DNA of 64,000 nt from an uncultured candidate division Zixibacteria bacterium (GCA_963668625.2 CAXXKA010000001.1:558701-622700); one strand, 5' to 3'. Numbered from the stretch's first letter, positions 19,469-28,785 are shown. Notes: generated by a model from the letters alone, not told the origin. Numbers and translations are program-made.

Positions 19469-20545
19469 ATGTCAAGGAAAAAGGGTAAAAATAGCCGTAA
19501 TGTGCAGGCTGAAAATGGTTATCACTCCATAATCCAAGGGTTGTCATCAAACAAAATAGGCAAGTTATTTGCTAATTTTGATAAATGTCGTATCGCCATT
19601 GTTGGCGATATTATGCTCGATCGGTACCTCTGGGGTGATTGCTCTCGAATTTCTCCGGAGGCGCCCGTTCCGGTAGTTGAGATCGAGAAAGAGGAACATC
19701 TTCTGGGCGGCGCAGCTAATGTTGCCAATAATATATCCATGCTTGGCGGACAGGCCGAGCTTATCGGCGTGGTTGGCAAGGATATATTCGCCCGCGATTT
19801 GAAAGCTCAGCTCAAATCGAGATCGTTCAGCTATGAGGGCGTGTTTACCGACAGCAGCCGTCCCACCTCGGTGAAAACTAGAATCATCGCCCAGAACCAA
19901 CAGGTAGTCCGGGCCGATAGGGAGAAAACCCACGAGGTCTCGACTCGTCTGAATAACAAGATACTAGAATATCTCGACAGTATTCTCGATCGTACCTCGG
20001 CGGTGATTATCTCCGACTACGGCAAAGGCGTGATAAACCGCAGGTTACTGGATAAGCTTATTTCATATTGCGTAGAGCGGGATGTATTCGTATCGGTCGA
20101 TCCCAAGCTGACTCATTTTTTCGATTACAAACAGGTCTCGACTATAACGCCCAACCATTACGAGGCAGGCTCGGCGGTCGGGCGCAAAATTACTGATGAT
20201 GAGAGCCTGGAGGAGGTTGGCTGGGAGATACTCGAGCGGCTGCATTCGAGATCGCTTCTGATCACGTTGGGCGCAAAAGGCATGGCGCTTTTCGAAAATG
20301 GTCAGGCCGATAAAGACAAACGTTCGCTAACCAAGATACCGACACTGGCGCGCAGAGTCTACGATGTCACCGGCGCAGGAGATACCGTCATCTCCGTGAT
20401 GACAATGGCTGTTGCCGCCGGGGCCTCGCTGAAAGAAGCGGCATTCATCGCTAACGTAGCGGCTGGCGAGGTAGTAGCGCAGATAGGCACGGCACAGGTC
20501 GAGAAAGACCGGTTGAAAGAGTTGGTATCGGGTTATTTAGAGTAA
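19469..20545 (+). CDS. rfaE1: D-glycero-beta-D-manno-heptose-7-phosphate kinase (PfkB family, RfaE domain I)
   Basis: IAIVGDIMLDRYLWGDCSRISPEAPVPVV... and C-terminal YDVTGAGDTVISVM (ribokinase-like anion hole/ATP motif). Confidence 0.85.
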   Translation: MSRKKGKNSRNVQAENGYHSIIQGLSSNKIGKLFANFDKCRIAIVGDIMLDRYLWGDCSRISPEAPVPVVEIEKEEHLLGGAANVANNISMLGGQAELIGVVGKDIFARDLKAQLKSRSFSYEGVFTDSSRPTSVKTRIIAQNQQVVRADREKTHEVSTRLNNKILEYLDSILDRTSAVIISDYGKGVINRRLLDKLISYCVERDVFVSVDPKLTHFFDYKQVSTITPNHYEAGSAVGRKITDDESLEEVGWEILERLHSRSLLITLGAKGMALFENGQADKDKRSLTKIPTLARRVYDVTGAGDTVISVMTMAVAAGASLKEAAFIANVAAGEVVAQIGTAQVEKDRLKELVSGYLE

Positions 20546-20600
20546 TACTATAACCTATCAAAGTCATTCCCGTGAAAACGGGAATCTGTCAATATGAGTC

Positions 20601-21071
20601 ATGGGCAAAATAGTCTCACAATCACAACTTCTTAAAATACGCAAAGCCTGCAAACGCAAGGGACAGGTAGTGGTATTCACTAATGGATGTTTTGACCTGA
20701 TCCATCGCGGGCATGTGGAATACCTGAGCGAGGCGAAAAAGCTGGGTGATATCCTGGTTGTTGCCCTGAATACCGATTCCTCAGTCCAACGGCTCAAAGG
20801 GCCAAGCCGTCCCCTGACCAAGTTGGCCGACCGGGCGTATATCATGTCACATCTCGATATGGTAGACTATGTCACCTTCTTCGGCGCGGATACTCCCAAA
20901 TCAATCATCTCGAAACTGTTGCCTGATATACTGGTCAAAGGCGGCGACTATGTCGAGGCCACGATAGTAGGCGCTGAGGAAGTGCGAGCTGCCGGTGGAA
21001 CGGTGGAGGTGATACCGTTCGTAAAAGGGCGGTCGAGTTCGGGGATTATCAGGAGGATGAAGAAGGGGTAG
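20601..21071 (+). CDS. rfaE2: D-glycero-beta-D-manno-heptose 1-phosphate adenylyltransferase (RfaE domain II)
   Basis: Cytidylyltransferase HxGH motif VVFTNGCFDLIHRGHVEYL. About 155 aa. Confidence 0.9.
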   Translation: MGKIVSQSQLLKIRKACKRKGQVVVFTNGCFDLIHRGHVEYLSEAKKLGDILVVALNTDSSVQRLKGPSRPLTKLADRAYIMSHLDMVDYVTFFGADTPKSIISKLLPDILVKGGDYVEATIVGAEEVRAAGGTVEVIPFVKGRSSSGIIRRMKKG

Positions 21072-21075
21072 AAAT

Positions 21076-21774
21076 ATGGAAGATCAAACTTTATTACCTA
21101 GCCGAAAGAACCAATTATTTAAATCGATTCAAGAGAATGGATTGAATCCTGCAGACTTCAAATGGGGGGATAAGGATTTTTCTATATATTCGGTTACTGG
21201 GCGGCAAATAGGTAATTATAAATGTTCTGTATTAAAGTTCAAAGATTTAGGATTTTTTGAATTCAATAATAATGGAACTCATTTTAAGCCTAAATTCTCC
21301 CCAGGTGCTTATCAAAGAACAACTTATATTATTGATGATTATAAAGATTGGGATTTCGCTTATAATGTTTTTAAGAAATGGCTTAAAATAATTCAAATAG
21401 AATATGGTCAACCTGATTTATGGGCCGAGTTCGAAAAATATAAATCGACTATAGGTAAGGTTGTAGTTGAAGAAATAAATAATAATTTTTCTGATGACGA
21501 TGTAGAGTTAATTAAGGTTCAATTGAGTAGTATTAGTGAAAGTATCAAAGCAAATTTTGATTTATCTTCTGATAAGATTGGTTTTATAGATAATCAAATT
21601 CAGTACCTTGTTGATTCTTCCAGAAAGCAAAATATTAGAAATTGGCGGAATTTAGCTATTGGTACATTCATGGGAATTGCTGCAAATCTAGCAATAACTT
21701 CGGATAAAATACCTTTATACTGGCAAATAATTAGAGATGGATTTAATTCAGTGAGACATTTATTGGGAATTTAA
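21076..21774 (+). CDS. hypothetical protein, AT-rich orphan with C-terminal TM helix
   Basis: RBS AAGGGG. 232 aa. Coiled-coil-like segment then NLAIGTFMGIAANLAI hydrophobic helix. No family recognised. The 60-nt line at 21181 has 19 G+C versus 38 in the line at 20941. Confidence 0.65.
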   Translation: MEDQTLLPSRKNQLFKSIQENGLNPADFKWGDKDFSIYSVTGRQIGNYKCSVLKFKDLGFFEFNNNGTHFKPKFSPGAYQRTTYIIDDYKDWDFAYNVFKKWLKIIQIEYGQPDLWAEFEKYKSTIGKVVVEEINNNFSDDDVELIKVQLSSISESIKANFDLSSDKIGFIDNQIQYLVDSSRKQNIRNWRNLAIGTFMGIAANLAITSDKIPLYWQIIRDGFNSVRHLLGI

Positions 21775-21798
21775 TATTTAAGTCAATATTTAACAATG

Positions 21799-21880
21799 CA
21801 AGCGACCGAAGGGAGCGCAGCAACCCTTGTTCCCAAACTCCAGTTTGGGAACACAATTGCCCGAGAAACTCTGTTTCGAC
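21799..21880 (-). repeat. REP unit upstream of the RAYT gene (inverted orientation, diverged copy)
   Basis: Contains the hairpin TGTTCCCAAACT-CC-AGTTTGGGAACA (21828-21853) and ...GAAACTCTGTTTCGAC, the reverse complement of the downstream units. Confidence 0.85.
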
Positions 21881-21901
21881 TAAAAAAGAAAAAGCAGAAT
21901 C

Positions 21902-22438
21902 ATGCGTGACCGCTATAAAATATCTGATCAAAACTCAGTCTATTTTATTACCTCAACGATTATTGAATGGCTGCCGGTTTTCACGAATAATAAGTATTGT
22001 GATATCTTAATCGATTCGCTGAAACATTGCATCGAGAACAAATCGTTAAATCTGTATGCTTATGTAATACTCGATAATCACTTTCATCTAATCGGCTCGG
22101 CGCCCGAGCTTTCAAAAACAATATCATCAGTGAAAAAATACAGCGCCAGGATGATATTAAAGCAGTTAGAGGATGATAACAGAAACTGGCTTATTAACCA
22201 GATGGAGTTCTTCAAGAAAAAATTCAAAAAAGAAAGCGACCATCAAGTTTGGCAGGAGGGTTATCATCCTGTATTGATATCCGATCAGGATGTATTTGTT
22301 CAGAAAGTAGAATATATCCATAATAATCCTGTTAAACGCGGGCTGGTTGATTTGCCTGAATGCTGGCGTTATAGTTCGGCTCGGAATTATCTGATGGATG
22401 ACCATTCTATTATTTCAGTTAATTGTGAAATGAGCTAA
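21902..22438 (+). CDS. REP-associated tyrosine transposase (RAYT; IS200/IS605-like Y1 HUH enzyme)
   Basis: HUH motif in VILDNHFHLIG and catalytic Tyr motif VEYIHNNPVKRG. 178 aa. Flanked by inverted REP units. Confidence 0.85.
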   Translation: MRDRYKISDQNSVYFITSTIIEWLPVFTNNKYCDILIDSLKHCIENKSLNLYAYVILDNHFHLIGSAPELSKTISSVKKYSARMILKQLEDDNRNWLINQMEFFKKKFKKESDHQVWQEGYHPVLISDQDVFVQKVEYIHNNPVKRGLVDLPECWRYSSARNYLMDDHSIISVNCEMS

Positions 22439-22519
22439 AGACGAAACAGAGTTTCTTGAACAAGCGTGTTCCCAAACTGGAGTTTAGGAACAAGAGGGGT
22501 TACATCGCTTCGCTCGTAA
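22439..22519 (+). repeat. REP unit downstream of the RAYT gene, copy 1
   Basis: AGACGAAACAGAGTTTCTTGAACAAGCGTGTTCCCAAACTGGAGTTTAGGAACAAGAGGGGTTACATCGCTTCGCTCGTAA. Begins 1 nt after the RAYT stop. Confidence 0.9.
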
Positions 22520-22591
22520 TAATTACTTTCGGCGTTTCCAATAACTTTGGAGCTTTAAAACATGAGAACAGGTAGTTTGCACGTTATACTA

Positions 22592-22673
22592 AAGACGAAA
22601 CAGAGTTTCTTGAACAAGTGTGTTCCCAAACTGGAGTTTAGGAACAAGAGGGATTACATCGCTTCGCTCGTAA
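22592..22673 (+). repeat. REP unit downstream of the RAYT gene, copy 2
   Basis: Nearly identical to copy 1 (AAGTG for AAGCG, GGGATT for GGGGTT), 72 nt further downstream. Confidence 0.9.
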
Positions 22674-22738
22674 CAAGAATTTTATAACAAGAGGTAAAAC
22701 GCGGTTACCGTGTCTCAAATATAGAAAGGAAAACATCC

Positions 22739-23809
22739 ATGCGTACCTTACTAACAATACTGGTAATCTTATCAATATCAATCGCCGCCTACGCAGGCGG
22801 CTCTTTCGATACTATGGTATTCCATCGAATAGCCGAGCCGAAAGAGAACGCCTTTACCATGCTGATACCGCAGGGCTGGCTGGTAGAGGGCGGTATCATG
22901 CGTGTCGATCCGATCTCGGGAGGCGGCGCGGGTAATGCCATTGCAGCCAAGCTCGATTTCGCGGTCAAAAGCGATAGCAAAGGTACGGTTATGGCTCACT
23001 GGATGCCGGATATGATCTATTTCGATATGACCTACTCGCCAGCAGGGCAGATGGGATTGTACCCGCCCGGCTCTAACTACAACGGCATGACAGTCTGGCC
23101 GCTCATGGCCGCCACCGATTTCCTGTCGCAGGTCGGATTCCCAAACCTTCACCCGCAGGCCACCAATGTTACCGTAGTCGAAAATAAACGTCTCGATGAT
23201 GTCGCCACGAACTATCAGCAGCGAGTGCACGCCTATGTGCCACAGATGACGTTTAGCTATGATGCCGCTTTGTTGACTGTCACCTATACCGAGAACGGTG
23301 TTAATTATAAAGAGATTCTGTTCACGGTAATCGAGAACTGGGGCCAGATGGGAGCCGGTATGTGGGGCAATAAAGAAAGCTTCTACCTTCGCACGCCCGT
23401 TGATGAGTTCGACAAATGGCAGCCGGTTTTTAGCTTGATGCAGGAATCGGTGCAGTTGAATGTTCAGTGGGTAGCAGGCGAGGTGCAGGGACAGATTAAG
23501 CGGGGAGAGATAGCCGCCAAAACGCAGGCCGAGATCAACCGTATTGCTAAGGAGATATCCGACCACAGAACGCAGACTAATGCCGAGATTCACAACGATA
23601 TGTATTTGAACCTGACAGATCAGGAGGATTATGTCAATCCCTACACTAACGAGATCGAGACCGGTTCGAATCAATGGGCACACAGATGGCAGAACGAAAG
23701 CGGCGATATTATCTATACCAATAGCGAGGATTACGATCCCAACACTGATATCAACCTCAATCACTCAGATTTCAAGCGCAGCCAAATCCGTGAGCGGAGA
23801 CCGAAATAA
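22739..23809 (+). CDS. secreted hypothetical protein (paralogue A)
   Basis: Signal peptide MRTLLTILVILSISIAAYA. Paralogous along its full length to 23921..24985. RBS AAGGAAA. Confidence 0.8.
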   Translation: MRTLLTILVILSISIAAYAGGSFDTMVFHRIAEPKENAFTMLIPQGWLVEGGIMRVDPISGGGAGNAIAAKLDFAVKSDSKGTVMAHWMPDMIYFDMTYSPAGQMGLYPPGSNYNGMTVWPLMAATDFLSQVGFPNLHPQATNVTVVENKRLDDVATNYQQRVHAYVPQMTFSYDAALLTVTYTENGVNYKEILFTVIENWGQMGAGMWGNKESFYLRTPVDEFDKWQPVFSLMQESVQLNVQWVAGEVQGQIKRGEIAAKTQAEINRIAKEISDHRTQTNAEIHNDMYLNLTDQEDYVNPYTNEIETGSNQWAHRWQNESGDIIYTNSEDYDPNTDINLNHSDFKRSQIRERRPK

Positions 23810-23920
23810 GGCCTGAAAAAAGCTTCCCGGTTCGGTAGGAAATTCAACACCTCATAGGGTTTAGGTATAAAATGGGGAGATACTGATTTTCTGGTCTCTA
23901 TTATTGAAAGGAAAGATACC

Positions 23921-24985
23921 ATGCAGAAAACAATAGCAGTACTGATTATCCTATCAATAACAGTCCCTATCTATGCCGGAGGTTCTTTCGATACCATTGT
24001 ATTCAATCGAATAGCCGAGCCTGAGGAAAACGCTTTCACGATACTCGTACCGATGGGCTGGGTTATCGAAAGCGATATTATAAGGGGCGATTCGATACCT
24101 GGCGATAATGCTATCGAGGGCAAGTTCGATTTCGCTGTTAAAAGCGATAGCAACGGTACGGTAATGATTCGTTGGCTGCCGGATATGATCAATTACACTA
24201 TAGCTCATCCGGTGCTTGATACTCTTATGGGCTTGTATCCATCCCCGGAACACAATAATAAAATAATCGACCGGCCGTATATGGCTGCTGTGGATTTTCT
24301 GGGATTAGATTTACTGCTATACCTTCATGAACAGAGTACCAATTTGAGCGCTGACTATATGAAACGCCTCGAGAATGTGGCTGATAACTACCAAAAAAGA
24401 GTAAATACGTATCTGCCCGGGATGAGATATTCCTATGATGCCGGGTATGTTTTAGCCTCATACAATGAAGAAGGCGTAAAATACAAAGAGGCTCTTTTTA
24501 CGGTAGTCGAAAATCATCAGCAGAAAGGAAACGGTATATGGGGCAACAGGGAGTGCTTTTTTTTCCGAGCGCCTTTTAATGAATTCGAGAGATGGAAACT
24601 GGTTTTCAGCGTTATACAAAATTCGATGCAGATAAATATTCAATGGCTTGCGGATGAAATCCAGGGACAGATCAAGCGGGGAGAGATAGCTGCTAAAACG
24701 CAGGTGGAAATTGACACTATCGCATGCGGTATCACATCCAACACAAACCAGACCATGGCCGAGATCCAACATGAAATATATCTTAACATCATCGATCAGG
24801 AGGAGTATGTCAACCCCTACACTAACGAGATCGAGACCGGTTCGAATCACTGGGCACACAGATGGCAGAACGAAAGCGGCGATATAATTTATACTAACCA
24901 GGAGGGTTACGATCCCAACACGGATATCAAGATCAACCGCTCCGATTTCAAGCGTAGCTGGATTCGCGAGAGAGGCCCCAAATAA
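23921..24985 (+). CDS. secreted hypothetical protein (paralogue B)
   Basis: Signal peptide MQKTIAVLIILSITVPIYA. Shares GGSFDT.VF.RIAEP.ENAFT and the C-terminal YVNPYTNEIETGSN.WAHRWQNESGDIIYTN block with paralogue A. Confidence 0.8.
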   Translation: MQKTIAVLIILSITVPIYAGGSFDTIVFNRIAEPEENAFTILVPMGWVIESDIIRGDSIPGDNAIEGKFDFAVKSDSNGTVMIRWLPDMINYTIAHPVLDTLMGLYPSPEHNNKIIDRPYMAAVDFLGLDLLLYLHEQSTNLSADYMKRLENVADNYQKRVNTYLPGMRYSYDAGYVLASYNEEGVKYKEALFTVVENHQQKGNGIWGNRECFFFRAPFNEFERWKLVFSVIQNSMQINIQWLADEIQGQIKRGEIAAKTQVEIDTIACGITSNTNQTMAEIQHEIYLNIIDQEEYVNPYTNEIETGSNHWAHRWQNESGDIIYTNQEGYDPNTDIKINRSDFKRSWIRERGPK

Positions 24986-25199
24986 AAGTGATCGGTGGTT
25001 TTTCTTGAAGGTAGCGGATGAAATTCTTTGCTCAGAATTTTTTATCCTCATGAATACCTGCAAAATTTAGATAGAAAAGGATTCGTGGCGACACCCATAA
25101 AAGACTTTTCAACCAGCCCAATTACTTGCTTTCAGTGATTAATCGGGCATTTTAACTATATGTATCGTTATGTATGACTGTAGGTTACGCCATTATACC

Positions 25200-25228
25200 T
25201 TGACATGATTATAACTTCATGTTATAAT
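25200..25228 (+). promoter_or_regulatory. consensus sigma-70 promoter for the TPR-pepP-accB transcription unit
   Basis: TTGACA (25200-25205), exactly 17 nt, TATAAT (25223-25228). The ATG of the first gene is at 25252. Confidence 0.7.
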
Positions 25229-25251
25229 TCTGCCTTAGCTTTGGAGAGCGT

Positions 25252-25992
25252 ATGAATGTTACCGATAAGACGGAATTAAATTCACCTGATATCGAAGCAT
25301 ATCAGGCTATGAAACTACTCGAGACCGGCGATAGAACCTCGGCTATTCGGAGATGTATCGAGGCGATTGAACGTTTCGGCGACAATCGCAATTGTTATCT
25401 CGTGAAAGCCCGGGCGCATATCGAACAGGAGGAATATGGTTTCGCCGAGGACTCTCTCCAAAACGTACTGAGGCTCGACCCGGAGCATCCGGCAGCCTGG
25501 GCAATGATGGGCGAGGTGTATTACCGTCTGGGAAAAGAAACCAAGGTGGAATACTGCCGCAGCCGTCTGGAAAGTATTTTCCCGACTCTGGCCGAAACTT
25601 TCGTTGCCGAGGATAACGATCTGGAAGAGGACGAGGTTTATGGTGATGAATTCGATGAAGGAATTGATTCATCTGATGCTGAATCCGAGGTTGAAGCCGG
25701 AGGCAAAAATCCCGAATCCGAGGATACAACGGAACCGGAATTGCCTGAGGAATCTATTGTCCCATTGGAAAATCTGGAACAAACGGAGGAGAAACAAAAC
25801 ACGGCCGGGGATGGTTTAAAGTCCGAACTCTTCGAGACGGCGACGTTTGCGGATATATGTATAAGTCAGGGTAAATTCGAAAAAGCGTTAAAAATATATG
25901 AGGCGCTTTTGCAAAACGAACCTGACAATAAAACGTATAACGATAAGGTGAAATTTATTAAACAGAAGTGGGAAAACGATGACTCAAAATAG
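25252..25992 (+). CDS. TPR repeat protein with acidic central linker
   Basis: TPR-like helices at both ends (AEDSLQNVLRLDPEHPAAWAMMGEVYY; FEKALKIYEALLQNEPDNKTY) and a D/E-rich linker. Consensus promoter upstream. Confidence 0.75.
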   Translation: MNVTDKTELNSPDIEAYQAMKLLETGDRTSAIRRCIEAIERFGDNRNCYLVKARAHIEQEEYGFAEDSLQNVLRLDPEHPAAWAMMGEVYYRLGKETKVEYCRSRLESIFPTLAETFVAEDNDLEEDEVYGDEFDEGIDSSDAESEVEAGGKNPESEDTTEPELPEESIVPLENLEQTEEKQNTAGDGLKSELFETATFADICISQGKFEKALKIYEALLQNEPDNKTYNDKVKFIKQKWENDDSK

Positions 25993-27052
25993 ACTGAAAA
26001 AGGCGTTTGATCTGTTGAAGAAGCAGAAAATCGGGGCGATGCTTATTAGCAAACTTTCTAATGTACATTATCTGAGTGGTTATTCGGGATCTAATGGGCT
26101 GTTGATTTTAGCTCCGCCCAAGGCTTATTTCTTAACGGATTTTCGTTATGCGGTACAGTCGCGCAAAGAGGTTAAGCATTGTCAGGTGATGATTGCCGAG
26201 CGCGATTTACTGGGCGAGCTGATCAAAATCGATCCACTCAAAAAGAAGATCAAGCTGGGATTCGAGTCTACCCACTTAACTTATAAACTTCATGAGAAAA
26301 TTAAAGAGATACTTCCGAAAGCGAATCTCGTGCCGATCGATAATGTTGTCGAGACGATAGCGATGGTGAAGGAAACCAGTGAGATAAACAAGCTGAAGAA
26401 AGCCGCTAAAATCGCTGATACCGCTTTCGATGAAGTCATAAAACTAATCAAGCCGGGAGTCAAAGAGCGCGATATCGCTCTGGAGCTTCAATATAGCATG
26501 ATAAAGCAAGGCGCTGAGGGGCCGTCATTCGACTTCATAGTCGCCTCGGGCCAGCGCTCTAGTATGCCACATGGCATAGCCTCGGATAGAAAATTTAAAA
26601 AAGGTGATTATATAACAATAGATTTCGGTTGTTTTTACCAGGGATATCCCTCGGATATTACCCGCACCGTCGTGTTGGGTAAGGCCTCAGCCAAGCAGAA
26701 AAAAATCTACGATATCGTGTATCGTGCCCAGACTGCCGCTGTTGATGCCGCCGGGCCGGGTATGCCTGCCCGCGAGTTGGACAAGGTCGCTCGCGATATC
26801 ATCATGAGAGAAGGATATGGCGATAATTTCGGCCACGGACTGGGTCACGGATTGGGTTTGGATGAAATACACTCCAACCCGGTGGCCAGCCCTCGTAGCC
26901 AGGATGTTTTACAGGTTGGTCATGCTCTGACTGTAGAGCCGGGGATATATATCCCGAATTGGGGCGGTGTACGCATAGAGGATGATATAGTTATTACTGC
27001 CAACGGGTGCAAGGTACTGACCAAATCGCCAAAAGAGTTAATCGAGCTTTAG
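25979..27052 (+). CDS. pepP: Xaa-Pro aminopeptidase / M24 family metallopeptidase
   Basis: Creatinase-like N-domain plus the M24 pita-bread motifs DFGCFYQGYPSDITRT, HGLGHGLGLDEIH, EPGIYIP..GGVRIEDD. Confidence 0.9.
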   Translation: MTQNRLKKAFDLLKKQKIGAMLISKLSNVHYLSGYSGSNGLLILAPPKAYFLTDFRYAVQSRKEVKHCQVMIAERDLLGELIKIDPLKKKIKLGFESTHLTYKLHEKIKEILPKANLVPIDNVVETIAMVKETSEINKLKKAAKIADTAFDEVIKLIKPGVKERDIALELQYSMIKQGAEGPSFDFIVASGQRSSMPHGIASDRKFKKGDYITIDFGCFYQGYPSDITRTVVLGKASAKQKKIYDIVYRAQTAAVDAAGPGMPARELDKVARDIIMREGYGDNFGHGLGHGLGLDEIHSNPVASPRSQDVLQVGHALTVEPGIYIPNWGGVRIEDDIVITANGCKVLTKSPKELIEL

Positions 27053-27066
27053 TTTCGGAGAGAATT

Positions 27067-27543
27067 ATGAGGACTTCTAAAATACAAGATCTAATCCGTT
27101 TAGTCGAGAGATCGGATATCGATGAACTCGAGGTTTCCTCCTGGGGAAAGAAAGTCAGGATACGGAAAAAGATCTCCAGCAACGGCAATAGTAACGGCAA
27201 CAGGCCTCAAGTTGCCCGATCTGTACCCGATAATGTAATTGAGGTCGCGCCTGAACGCAGAAACATACAAAATGTTGAGGCTGCGCCCGAGGTAAAAGAA
27301 GAATACCTCGAAATTAAATCGCCCATGGTTGGCACGTTTTACGGGGCGCCGGCTCCTGATGCCAAACCGTATGTCGAAGTGGGTCAGAAAGTGTCCAGGG
27401 GACAGGTCGTATGTATCATCGAGGCTATGAAAATTATGAACGAAATCGAGTCCGAGTACGATGGGGTGATCGTGGAGATTCCCGCGCAAAATGCTCAACC
27501 GGTTCAGTTTGGACAGCCTCTGATATTGATCAAGCCTGCCTGA
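27067..27543 (+). CDS. accB: acetyl-CoA carboxylase biotin carboxyl carrier protein
   Basis: Biotinyl-lysine motif CIIEAMKIMNEIESE. N-terminus MRTSKIQDLIRLVERSDIDELEV typical of BCCP. ATG 27067 with RBS GGAGAG preferred over the track start 27007, which overlaps pepP. Confidence 0.9.
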   Translation: MRTSKIQDLIRLVERSDIDELEVSSWGKKVRIRKKISSNGNSNGNRPQVARSVPDNVIEVAPERRNIQNVEAAPEVKEEYLEIKSPMVGTFYGAPAPDAKPYVEVGQKVSRGQVVCIIEAMKIMNEIESEYDGVIVEIPAQNAQPVQFGQPLILIKPA

Positions 27544-27597
27544 TATCGCAGCCACTGAAAAAAACATATATACATAGAATCATTGAAGGAGGGGTCT

Positions 27598-28728
27598 ATG
27601 ACTTTTAAGGAGATGATTCAGCAGATGTTAACGCGTAACGCGTCGGATTTGCATCTCCGTGTAGGCCTGCGGCCAACTATGAGAGTTGACGGCAAATTGT
27701 ATTCGGCCGATGATCAGGTTTTAATGCCTGCTGATATAGAGAAAATACTCTCTCAAACACTCACCGAGACTCAGTTGCAGCGTTTTCATCAGAGGCGCGA
27801 AATGGATCTTGCATTATCTATCTCCAAAATGGGACGTTTCCGTATTAACCTGTATAAACAACGTGGTACGATTGGTATCGCCTTGAGGCATGTTAATACC
27901 ACGATCCCCTCTTTCCAGGAGTTGAATCTGCCCGAGGCTATTAAGGATATAGCCGAGTCGCGCAAGGGGCTTATCATCGTGACTGGCACGACCGGTTCAG
28001 GCAAGTCAACCACTTTGGCCTCGATGATCGAGCACATCAATTCGAGCCGGGGCGAGAATATCCTGACTATCGAGGACCCGATAGAGTATATATATCGCGA
28101 TAAGAAATCGATTATCTCTCAGCGAGAGGTTGGCGGTGATACCGAAAGTTTCGCTTCCGCGCTACGACATGCCTTTCGTCAGGATCCTGATATCATCTTA
28201 ATCGGTGAGATTCGTGATGCTGATACGATGGGCATCGCGTTAACCGCCGCCGATACCGGCCACCTGGTGCTGACAACGCTTCACACCATGAACGCGATCG
28301 AGACAGTCTCGCGTATCATCTCGTTTTTCCCGCCGCATCAACATCAGCAGATAAGATTGCTTTTAGCGGGCACACTTAAATCGATCATCTGCCAGAGGCT
28401 GCTGCCGCGCACCGATGGCCCCGGGCGTGTGCCCGCGGTTGAGGTTCTCATCAACACCGCCTCGGTGCGTGAGTCGATTACCGACCAGATGAAGACCGCT
28501 AATATTCTCGAGCTGATAGAGCAGGGCACGGTTCAATACGGTATGCAGAGTTTCGATCAGGCGATAATGAAATTGTTCCGCTCGGGTTTGATCAGTTACG
28601 AGGAGGCTCTGGCTCAGTCAACCAACCCGGATGATTTCGATCTCAGGTGCAAGGGAATTACCTCGGCCTCCGACAGGGGCTGGAACGATCTCTCCGAGGA
28701 AAAAGAGGACAGCGATTTTAGTTTTTAG
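27598..28728 (+). CDS. pilT: type IV pilus twitching-motility ATPase PilT
   Basis: ASDLHL..G..P..R..G, Walker A GTTGSGKSTTLASMI, Walker B PDIILIGEIRD, TGHLVLTTLHT. ATG 27598 with RBS AAGGAGGGG. Confidence 0.9.
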   Translation: MTFKEMIQQMLTRNASDLHLRVGLRPTMRVDGKLYSADDQVLMPADIEKILSQTLTETQLQRFHQRREMDLALSISKMGRFRINLYKQRGTIGIALRHVNTTIPSFQELNLPEAIKDIAESRKGLIIVTGTTGSGKSTTLASMIEHINSSRGENILTIEDPIEYIYRDKKSIISQREVGGDTESFASALRHAFRQDPDIILIGEIRDADTMGIALTAADTGHLVLTTLHTMNAIETVSRIISFFPPHQHQQIRLLLAGTLKSIICQRLLPRTDGPGRVPAVEVLINTASVRESITDQMKTANILELIEQGTVQYGMQSFDQAIMKLFRSGLISYEEALAQSTNPDDFDLRCKGITSASDRGWNDLSEEKEDSDFSF

Positions 28729-28785
28729 ATAAGATTAATACCACAACACGATTGACCATACTAATAAGGTATGGGGGAATATTCT

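Noticed and set aside
22439-22673. Two ~81-bp direct repeats separated by a 72-bp spacer, superficially like a mini CRISPR array
   Set aside because: There are only two copies and the repeat is too long. The same unit occurs inverted upstream of the adjacent RAYT gene and again at 63978. There are no cas genes. It is a REP/REPIN arrangement.
23663-23672. GGTTCGAATC (tRNA T-arm-like motif), also at 24839..24848
   Set aside because: Both lie inside the conserved C-terminal coding block of the tandem paralogues (codons for ETGSN). No acceptor or anticodon stems can be drawn around them.
22778-23764. 328-codon ORF on the minus strand covering almost the whole of paralogue A
   Set aside because: The plus-strand ORF has a signal peptide, an RBS and a full-length paralogue. 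In the paralogue (23921..24985) the equivalent antisense frame is broken into three pieces. The antisense ORF is best explained as chance absence of stops.
27007-27066. Longer accB start from the ORF track, overlapping pepP by 46 nt
   Set aside because: The ATG at 27067 has a GGAGAG RBS and gives the canonical BCCP N-terminus. The extension has no family similarity.
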